From the NCBI GenBank assembly GCA_034670305.1, contig JAXMNT010000026.1, positions 40,529 through 104,528 on the forward strand: a DNA stretch of 64,000 bases, written 5' to 3'. Position numbers and translations under genes: made by a program. The stretch is from Deltaproteobacteria bacterium (GTDB lineage Bacteria > Myxococcota_A > Polyangia > Polyangiales > Houyiibacteriaceae). Shown here in pieces: positions 56,827-64,000 of this stretch (positions are counted from its first letter, which is position 1; the number at the start of each line of letters is the position of its first letter). The notes below the pieces were generated by a model, which ran no database searches, had not been told where the DNA came from, and saw only the letters and a program-made list of their open reading frames with translations.

Positions 56827-57456
56827 CTACATGCCCTGCATGAGGGCCATGCCGATCTGCAGCGCTTTGCTGTAGTCGCCGGCCATGCGGAGCTTGCCGC
56901 CCATGAAGAGCTGCTGGGGGTTGATCTCACCCGCGCGGGCGGCTTCGAGATCGTCGAACTTGATCGTGGCGCTGAACTTCGGCTCGGCGGGCGGCTCGGG
57001 TGCGTTCAGGCCGACGCGGATCGTGACCTGGCCGAGGTCCGGCACGTCTTCGATGACGATGTGGAACTCGAGGCTGTCCGCGCCGAGCGCGTCCTGAAGT
57101 CGCTTCGACGCGGTGCCGACCGCGCGCTTGGCGGCCTTGTCCTCGTCGAGTTCACCCGCCGCTTCGGCTTCGCCGAGCAACATCTGCATCGCCTTGGCCG
57201 GGGCCGCGACCGCGAGCTTCACGTCGGCGCCATCCGGCTTGGCGTCGAGCACCTTCATGTCGCCCCCGCTCGTCTGGAGGTACACCTCGCCCTCCCCTTC
57301 GAGAATCAGCACGACCGCGCCGGTGGCACCCTCGACATCCGCGAGCCGCGCCTTCGCGCGGTCGTTGCCCTCGGCCGCCTTCGCGCGCAGCGACGCGACG
57401 CCCTTGTTGAACAGGGCGGGAAAGGTCTCTTCGAGGAATTGTTTCGGGCTCGTCAT
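56827..57456 (-). CDS. SCP2 sterol/lipid-binding domain protein
   Basis: GEINPQQLFMGGKLRMAGD C-terminal SCP2 motif; N-terminal half may be a second degenerate SCP2. Confidence 0.8.
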   Translation of the reverse strand: MTSPKQFLEETFPALFNKGVASLRAKAAEGNDRAKARLADVEGATGAVVLILEGEGEVYLQTSGGDMKVLDAKPDGADVKLAVAAPAKAMQMLLGEAEAAGELDEDKAAKRAVGTASKRLQDALGADSLEFHIVIEDVPDLGQVTIRVGLNAPEPPAEPKFSATIKFDDLEAARAGEINPQQLFMGGKLRMAGDYSKALQIGMALMQGM

Positions 57457-57517
57457 CGCTCACCGTGGGGGGTTGAATTGAAAGGGCGGCGGGAGGCTAC
57501 CCCCCGCTCTCCACGAC

Positions 57518-57541
57518 GTCCAGACGAGTGGTCGTCTGGAC
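57518..57541. other. Perfect 10-bp inverted repeat directly after the stop at 57544
   Basis: GTCCAGACGA-GTGG-TCGTCTGGAC; no U-tract. Confidence 0.5.
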
Positions 57542-57543
57542 CC

Positions 57544-59649
57544 TTATGGAATTCGGACGATGTCCCCTCGGTGGCGCCGGAGGGTGCAGTGGGTGCGGCC
57601 GGGCGCCTCGGCCACGGGTTGGCCCTCGGGGACGAACGCGGGACTCATGACCCGTGGGTGGCGGTCCGGCTCTTGGCCTTCCACCGCCAGACGATCGAGC
57701 GTCCAGACGATCAAGGAGACTTCGGGGTTCGACCAGCGGTCGCGAAAGGCCTGGACCGATGTCAGGTCTTCGGCCGCGCGCGCGCTTCTGCCCGCCGCAC
57801 AGAACGTGTCACGGGTGGTCGGCCGCGTGGTGCTCGTTCCGGTCTCTGTGCGACCCTGGGCGAAGCCGGTGCGCGCGGCTTGCACCGCCGCAAAGGCCTC
57901 GTCTCGAAGGCCGTGTCCTCGGGCGCGCTCGAGCCACACGTCGGACGCTTCGTGGTCGCCCGCGACCGACTCGAGCAGCGCGCGGCGGGCCGCCAACTGC
58001 GCGAGCACCTGCCAGTACGCCGGTTCGAGATCGGCGTAGACGAACGGCGCCCGCTGCACCAGATGGTCGTAAGCGAGCGCCTCCACACCGGGCGCCGCCT
58101 GAGGATCGATCGGGCACGACGGGTCGGTGACGATGGGCAGGTCCAGGAAGACGTCGTGGGCGCGGATCAACGAGAACCCATCGTCTCCGCGCTTGATGGT
58201 CCGCACCAGATAGAACAGTCCAATCTCTGACCCCACGGTCTCGCGCCAGTGCCCGCGACGGACCAGCACGTCCTCAACGAGTTCGTCTTGGCCGGTCAGG
58301 CTCAGTCGGAGCAGATCGCATCCGGTCGCGCCTCCGCCCAGCGACGCGAGATCTTCGGACTCCCCACCCACCCAGCGCGCGGCACCCGCGGCACATCGCG
58401 CCGCCGGTCCCACGTACAAGCGGTCGAGTGTCGCCGCCGCGCTTCGAAAGCGCCCCGCGAGGACGTGGGCTCGGGCGATGTCGAGGGGGGCCCGAGCGCC
58501 GAACACGTCACCGCGCACGAATGGCGCCCTGATGGAGCCGTGGGTGTCTGCGGCTGCGCTGTCAAACGCCTCACTCGCCACCAGGGGTCGGCCCGCGAGG
58601 AACGACATGTGGCCTGCGGCGATCTGCGCGGCGGGATCCGACACGCACCCCTCCGCGGCCTGTGTGGCGCCCACGTAGTCGCGAACGGCCGCCCGGTACA
58701 CGACCTCGTCGCGGCACCCGCCAAGGAACGACGCCAGGGATGCCGCGCGGTCGTGTTCGCCGGCTGCATGCCACCGCTCGCCCAACATCGAGAGCGCACG
58801 ACGGCGCTCCAAGGGCGTCGCCGCGGCGAGCACCAGCCGCTGGTTGTCGGAATCGGTGGGTGTCGCGATCTCACCGAACTCGGAACGGGCGGTCGCGCTC
58901 GAGACGAGGAGTGCACCAGCCGCGACCGAGCCAGCCATGAATACGACGAGACCCAACAACATGCCGACAAAGGACCTGCCGGGTCCATCGTCGTGAACGT
59001 CTGGCCGGGACGCAGCGCCGATGCGAAGCGCCGCATGCGATTCGGAGTCCGAGGATTCGATGGGCTCGAGCACCCAGTCCGCGTGGGACTTGCGGTAGGG
59101 GTCGCCGACGCCAGCGCCACGTCGGAGCCGGCCGCGCACGATCACCCGCTCGCCAGCCCGCAGGGTGCGGAGGCACGCCTTCGCGCCCGCGGCCGTCTCC
59201 TCGTGATGGGCGAGGGCCTTCTTGATCGCGCTCGACCGCTCGGCGCGTTTGGGCCGCTTCTCGATCGATCCGACCGCAACCGACACGCTGCCCCGGAGCG
59301 CGATGCGCGCTTCGCCGATGACGAGCGAGGGCACGCCCGCCTGTTCGGTGCGCTCGGTGATCGTACCCGCCCGATCGATGCAAAGCGTGGAGAGCGCGGC
59401 CTCTGGGGCAAACGGGATCGGCGGCGCACCTTCGGCATCGAGCGCGAGTGTGCCCACGAGCGTGTGCGCCCCGTCGGCGATGATCTGTTCGGCTTCTCCT
59501 TGCGCTTCGCGCCAGCGACGCGCGTCCCGGGCAGCCCAGGCGTGGGGAATCTTGCGCCCGAAGAACGCGCCGACGACGACGAAGGCGGCGAGCGCGAGTT
59601 GCCAGACGAGGACGCCGTGTTCGACCAGGTACGGGAGGGGTTCGTTCAT
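57544..59649 (-). CDS. Hypothetical membrane protein with helical (TPR-like) C-terminal region
   Basis: 701 aa, two TM segments, RTLRAGERVIVRG beta region; 3 nt downstream of the upstream gene. Confidence 0.6.
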   Translation of the reverse strand: MNEPLPYLVEHGVLVWQLALAAFVVVGAFFGRKIPHAWAARDARRWREAQGEAEQIIADGAHTLVGTLALDAEGAPPIPFAPEAALSTLCIDRAGTITERTEQAGVPSLVIGEARIALRGSVSVAVGSIEKRPKRAERSSAIKKALAHHEETAAGAKACLRTLRAGERVIVRGRLRRGAGVGDPYRKSHADWVLEPIESSDSESHAALRIGAASRPDVHDDGPGRSFVGMLLGLVVFMAGSVAAGALLVSSATARSEFGEIATPTDSDNQRLVLAAATPLERRRALSMLGERWHAAGEHDRAASLASFLGGCRDEVVYRAAVRDYVGATQAAEGCVSDPAAQIAAGHMSFLAGRPLVASEAFDSAAADTHGSIRAPFVRGDVFGARAPLDIARAHVLAGRFRSAAATLDRLYVGPAARCAAGAARWVGGESEDLASLGGGATGCDLLRLSLTGQDELVEDVLVRRGHWRETVGSEIGLFYLVRTIKRGDDGFSLIRAHDVFLDLPIVTDPSCPIDPQAAPGVEALAYDHLVQRAPFVYADLEPAYWQVLAQLAARRALLESVAGDHEASDVWLERARGHGLRDEAFAAVQAARTGFAQGRTETGTSTTRPTTRDTFCAAGRSARAAEDLTSVQAFRDRWSNPEVSLIVWTLDRLAVEGQEPDRHPRVMSPAFVPEGQPVAEAPGRTHCTLRRHRGDIVRIP

Positions 59650-59652
59650 CCG

Positions 59653-61692
59653 CTATTCGATGATGGGCGGACACGAATGGGTCACGTCCACCGACAGCAG
59701 GCGCGGCGTGATGACCTCACGACTGCTGCTCCGCTCCGCCTGCAGCACGATCTCCAACATCAGGAACTGCTGCGGAACTTCCCCGGCGGCCATCAAAGCG
59801 CTCGCGATCGAAAGCGGCGAGGTGTCGGGCGGCACCATGCCGACCCCGACCCACGTGGCGCTCTCGAGTCCTTCGCGCGTCGCGGCGGTGCGCACGCGGA
59901 ACGAGACGGTGGTCCCGGCCGGTGTCTCCGCCATGAAGTGCAGCTCGTCCCAGTCCGGCATCGTGTCCGCGCCACACGCCTCGAACACGTGTCGGTAGTG
60001 GCCGCGTGGGTTCGTCGCGAGCCGAAGCTGCAACCCGGTCATGTCGGAGTAGGTGTAGGAACCGACGAGGTTCGGCGCGACGCCGGTCTCCACGACGTTG
60101 TCGGTGATCGTCGGTCCGGGCGTCACCACAACCGCCTGGTTGTTCATGGTGATCGACCACACCTTGCCCTCGGCATCGATCGCCATGCCCTTGTTGTTCA
60201 ATCCGGCCGTTCCGGGCACGCCGATGAAGTTGGCCGGGTTGTCCGCTTCGATGCGGAGCACCCCGCCGTTCCAGCCCGCGCCCCAGACCCAGCCGTCCGC
60301 ATCGGCGGCGATGCCGTTGACCACGTGGTCGAAGTCCACCCGCTCGTTCACGTTCACGCTGATCCAGCGCGAACCCGACGCCGCCGCCGGATCGTATCGG
60401 CTGTAGCGGGGCAAATAGGTCCGGCCGACCGCGGCGCCGGAGATGTCTCCGCCGATCCAGACGCGCTGGTTGAAATCGACGGTGATGCCATACGGCCGAT
60501 GCGACATCGGGATGCGCGCCTTGATGGCCGCGTCGCATTCCACGCCTTCCGCCGTCGCCGCCACACACACCGGATCCGCACACGACGCCGCGTCCACGCA
60601 GCGCGTCGTGTCGAGCCGCCCCACCGCGGTGTTGCCGCGGCCGCTCACCCAGAGCTGACCGGACCCATCGAGCGCGAACCCGTACGGCGTGGCGGGCGCG
60701 GGGGTCACCAGCAGCACCTCGCCGGTGACCCCGTCGAGCTTCGCGACCTGGTTGGTGCCGTACCCGCCGACCCACACGAACTCCTGCAGGGTTCCGTCGA
60801 GACCCTCGACGTCCTGGGCGGCGACCGCGCGCACGAGGTTCTCGCCCGGCAGCGCGGTGTCCAAGTTCTGGTGCCAGAGCACGCAGTCGTCTTCGCCCCA
60901 CGCGAGCATCTCGCCATCGGCCAGGACGGTGGAGATGACCCCGTCGCCGTTCAGGTCCACCGAGGTCGTGACGACCCCGTCGCCGTTGGTGTCGGGGCAG
61001 TCCGTGCCGAGCACACTGATGCGGGTCAGCTCGTTCCCGTTGCGGTTGCCGACAAACGCATCGCCGAGCGTGTTCACCGAGGTCCGCGAAGGATCGTTGC
61101 CGGTGAAGAACGCGCCGGTGCGGATCGCTTCGCCGGTGAAGTAGCGGCCGACTTCGACGTAGGGCGCGGTGGTGGTGAACCTCGAGATCGACCCTTCGGT
61201 CGTGTTGGCGATCCAGATGAAGTTCGTGTTGATGCGGCGGCTGTCGAGGATCAGTGCGCCGTCGTCGTCGAGGCCGACGCCGTCGGAATCCGCCATCTCG
61301 GGATCGAAGGGGTCGTCGTCGCCGCCGAGGCCATCGGACATACACAGGGGATCGCAGTCGCCGCACGCGCCCAAGACGCCGTTGTCGACGACCCCATCGC
61401 AGTCGTTGTCCATGCCGTCGCAGAGTTCGGTTCCGGTTTGGGTGGGATCGCTGTCGTCGCAGTCGGGGCCCCGCCGGCACCCCACGCCGTATCCGTCTCC
61501 ATCGGCATCGTCGCAGTCTTCACCGGTGTCCGGCCCACCGTCGACGTCGTCGTCCATCATGCACCGTCCGTCCCGGCAGCTCTGGCCAGCGGGGCAGTCC
61601 GCGGTGGTGGCGCAGGTGCGGGTCGGCAGCCCACCTCCGCCGCAATCGCATGCGGCAAGCAGGAGGGTGGCGAGAACGGACAGGGCGCGCAT
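59653..61692 (-). CDS. Cys-rich beta-propeller lipoprotein, tandem paralog B
   Basis: Start MRALSVLATLLLAA-C at 61692 with GGAG RBS; D.DGDGYG..C..G.DCDD, ELCDGMDNDCDG repeat; IWIANT, PSRTSV, YG.A.D..G..W blades, YTYSDMTG. Confidence 0.8.
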   Translation of the reverse strand: MRALSVLATLLLAACDCGGGGLPTRTCATTADCPAGQSCRDGRCMMDDDVDGGPDTGEDCDDADGDGYGVGCRRGPDCDDSDPTQTGTELCDGMDNDCDGVVDNGVLGACGDCDPLCMSDGLGGDDDPFDPEMADSDGVGLDDDGALILDSRRINTNFIWIANTTEGSISRFTTTAPYVEVGRYFTGEAIRTGAFFTGNDPSRTSVNTLGDAFVGNRNGNELTRISVLGTDCPDTNGDGVVTTSVDLNGDGVISTVLADGEMLAWGEDDCVLWHQNLDTALPGENLVRAVAAQDVEGLDGTLQEFVWVGGYGTNQVAKLDGVTGEVLLVTPAPATPYGFALDGSGQLWVSGRGNTAVGRLDTTRCVDAASCADPVCVAATAEGVECDAAIKARIPMSHRPYGITVDFNQRVWIGGDISGAAVGRTYLPRYSRYDPAAASGSRWISVNVNERVDFDHVVNGIAADADGWVWGAGWNGGVLRIEADNPANFIGVPGTAGLNNKGMAIDAEGKVWSITMNNQAVVVTPGPTITDNVVETGVAPNLVGSYTYSDMTGLQLRLATNPRGHYRHVFEACGADTMPDWDELHFMAETPAGTTVSFRVRTAATREGLESATWVGVGMVPPDTSPLSIASALMAAGEVPQQFLMLEIVLQAERSSSREVITPRLLSVDVTHSCPPIIE

Positions 61693-61755
61693 GGCGGTTT
61701 CTCCGAGCGCCATGTCGGCGCACTGCGATGCCATCACAGCACCGCTTGATACGAA

Positions 61756-63729
61756 TCACTCGATGAGGGGCGGACAGGTGTGCGTGACGTCCACGCCGAG
61801 CACGCGTGGCGTGATCACTTCGGTCGAACTCGAGCGCTCCGCACGCAGTCCGATCTCGACCATCAAGAACCGACCGGGGGTGATGCCCATGGCGAGGAAC
61901 GCGTCGCGAATCGAGATCGGCGAGAGGTCGGGGGGCACGGTGGCGATGAGAATGAAGTCGGCCGCATCGAGCGCCTCGCGGGTGTCCGCGGTCTTCACGC
62001 GGAACGTCACGTCGGTGCCCGCGGGCGTCTCCGCGTTGAAGCGCAGGTCGCCCCAGTCGGTGCCGGTCGAACTCGCGCCGTCGCACCCCTCGAACACATG
62101 CCGGTAGTAACCGCGTGGGTTCGTCGCGAGCCGCAGCTGCAACCCCGTCATGTCCGAGTAGGTGTACGGGGTCACGATCGAACGCGCGACCTCGAGATCG
62201 ACCGAGTACTCGTCGATCCCGACGCCCGGCGTGATGACGATCGCGCGGTCGCTTTGGGTGATCGCCCAGATCTTTCCGTCCGCGTCGACCGCCATGCCTT
62301 TGCACGAATGACCGATCGTGCCGGCCACGCTCGCCCAGTTCGTGGGGTTGTCCGCTTCGATGCGCACGACACCGCCACCGGTGTGGCCCGCGCCCCAGAC
62401 CCAGCCCTCCGCGTCGGCGGCGATGCCGTTGATGACGTGGGTGCCGAGCGGCACCGGCACGGTGATCCACCGCGATCCAGCGGCGGCGGTCGGGTCGTAG
62501 CGGGCGAACCGAGGCACCCGCGGCGAGCTCCCGGAGCTGCCCCCGATCCAGACGCGCTGGTTGAAGTCGACGGTGATGCCGTAGGGGAGGTGCGGTGCCG
62601 CGATCGTCTGCTTGATGCAGGTGTCGCCTGCGCCTTCGCCGTCACAGACCGCGCCTGCACAGGTCGCGGCGTCGACGCATCGGGTGGTGTCCACGCGACC
62701 GATGCGGTCGGCGTCGCGGGTGCTGATCCAGAGGTTGCCGAGTCCATCGAGCGCAAACCCGTAGGTGCGGGCCGGGGCGGGCGTGACGAGCAGCACTTCG
62801 CCGGTGACGCCGTCGAGTTTGGCGATCATCTGGGTGTCGTAGCCGCCCACCCAGACGAACTCTTGAAGCGTTCCGTCGAGGCCTTCCACGTCCTGCGCGG
62901 CCACCGCACGGATGTGCCGCTCCCCAGGCATGTGCGCCTCGAGGTTGGTATTCCAGAGGACGCAGTCGTCTTGGCCCCACGTGAGGAAGGTGGCGTCGGA
63001 GGACGTGGTGATCGTTCCGTCCCCGTTGGTGTCCGGGCAGTCGGCGCCGAGCACCGAGATGCGGGAGACCGTGTTGCCCGCGCGGTTGCCGACGTAGACG
63101 TCGCCGAGCGTGTTGACCGAGGTGCGCGAGGGGTCGTTCGAGGCGCCCGCCGGTCCGGTGAAGTAGCGGCCGACTTCGGCGTAGGTCGTCGTGTCGAAGC
63201 GCGAGACGGTGCCTTGCCCGGTGTTCGCGATCCAGATGAAGTTGGTGTTGATGCGTCGGCTGTCGAGGATGAGCGCGCCGTCGTCGTCCAGTCCGACGCC
63301 GTCCGAATCCTCCCTCTCCGGGTCGAAGGGATCGTCGTCGCCGCCGATGCCGTCGCCGATGCAGCTCGGGTCGCAGTCGCCGCAGGAGCTGATCACGCCC
63401 TCGTCGGACGCGCCGTCGCAGTCGTTGTCGACGCCGTCGCAGACTTCGGTGCCGGTCTGGGTGTCGTCGGTGTCGTCGCAGTCGGCCCCGCGGCGACAGC
63501 CTTCGCCATACCCGTCGCCGTCCTCGTCGATGCAGTCTTCGTCCGGACCCGCGTCCTCGTCGGGATCGTCCTCGGGTGTACAGACACCATCGAGACAGAA
63601 CTGGCCCTCCGGACAATCCGCGGTGGTCATGCAACTCCGGGTCGGGAATCCCCCGCTGCTGCAGTCACATCCCGCCAGCACGACGGAAAGGAGCAGGACG
63701 GGAGTCAAGATGGACAGACGCGGTTGCAT
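61756..63729 (-). CDS. Cys-rich beta-propeller lipoprotein, tandem paralog A
   Basis: Lipobox LAG-C; same architecture and long identical peptides shared with paralog B. Confidence 0.8.
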   Translation of the reverse strand: MQPRLSILTPVLLLSVVLAGCDCSSGGFPTRSCMTTADCPEGQFCLDGVCTPEDDPDEDAGPDEDCIDEDGDGYGEGCRRGADCDDTDDTQTGTEVCDGVDNDCDGASDEGVISSCGDCDPSCIGDGIGGDDDPFDPEREDSDGVGLDDDGALILDSRRINTNFIWIANTGQGTVSRFDTTTYAEVGRYFTGPAGASNDPSRTSVNTLGDVYVGNRAGNTVSRISVLGADCPDTNGDGTITTSSDATFLTWGQDDCVLWNTNLEAHMPGERHIRAVAAQDVEGLDGTLQEFVWVGGYDTQMIAKLDGVTGEVLLVTPAPARTYGFALDGLGNLWISTRDADRIGRVDTTRCVDAATCAGAVCDGEGAGDTCIKQTIAAPHLPYGITVDFNQRVWIGGSSGSSPRVPRFARYDPTAAAGSRWITVPVPLGTHVINGIAADAEGWVWGAGHTGGGVVRIEADNPTNWASVAGTIGHSCKGMAVDADGKIWAITQSDRAIVITPGVGIDEYSVDLEVARSIVTPYTYSDMTGLQLRLATNPRGYYRHVFEGCDGASSTGTDWGDLRFNAETPAGTDVTFRVKTADTREALDAADFILIATVPPDLSPISIRDAFLAMGITPGRFLMVEIGLRAERSSSTEVITPRVLGVDVTHTCPPLIE

Positions 63730-63822
63730 GGAGCCTCAGGGAACAAAGGGGACGACGGACCCCAGCAGGTTAGCCGGAAACCCCGGCCGAAGCGACGATC
63801 GTCCGGCCGGAGCCGGTGGAGA

Positions 63823-63838
63823 TGCCAAGTCCGTGCCA
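63823..63838 (-). promoter_or_regulatory. Putative sigma-54 promoter for the tandem propeller genes
   Basis: Minus strand TGGCACG-GACT-TGGCA, GG-N10-GC with perfect -24 box. Confidence 0.65.
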
Positions 63839-63917
63839 GCCCCGCGCACCGCGAGAACCATGGACCCAAAGATGCTCTAGCAGGTTGCTGAAGAACGCCC
63901 GCAGGGCGTTCTCGCAG

Positions 63918-63955
63918 CCTGCCCCTTGCCCCTGCCCTTGCCTTTGCCCTTGCCC
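63918..63955. repeat. Short hexamer repeat tract (ttgccc variants)
   Basis: Directly visible gccccttgcccctgcccttgcctttgcccttgccc. Confidence 0.6.
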
Positions 63956-64000
63956 GCGGATCAGCGGTCAGATCGCTTGATCAGCGCGACGAGCATCGCG

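Noticed and set aside
1-64000. Mobile elements, prophage, tRNA or rRNA
   Set aside because: No transposase, integrase or phage structural motifs, terminal repeats, cloverleaf or rRNA-like segment recognised by eye; a covariance-model search was not possible

Overview
High-GC (about 70% by eye), densely coding bacterial chromosome segment. Cys-rich lipoproteins, Ser/Thr kinases, PEGA proteins and sigma-54 promoter motifs point to a Myxococcota (Polyangia/Sandaracinaceae-like) organism; this is inference. I see no rRNA, tRNA, CRISPR array, transposase or integrase. Recognisable genes include xdhAB, two GH13 amylase lipoproteins, a DUF368 protein, an NfeD-like/flotillin pair, hutF, a class II DAHP synthase, a FadR-like regulator, an ACP plus O-methyltransferase, XPB helicase plus DUF790/Bax1, tatBC, a GldA/F/G-like ABC module, an SDR, an MCP and an SCP2 protein. 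Best candidates for new biology: (1) a gene run of a membrane Ser/Thr kinase-PEGA, a TPR-PEGA protein and four diverged paralogous Cys-knot/lectin-like/propeller lipoproteins (26860-37444), with an internal sigma-54 motif and a probable CTG start; (2) an apparently split vitamin-K-dependent carboxylase-like (HTTM) gene pair (18687-21037); (3) a FadR-like regulator with two FadR-type operators in front of an unknown gene; (4) a tandem pair of conserved-framework, variable-loop propeller lipoproteins behind a sigma-54 motif; (5) hexamer-based repeat tracts at or near gene ends. All family assignments come from motif recognition by eye, not database searches.
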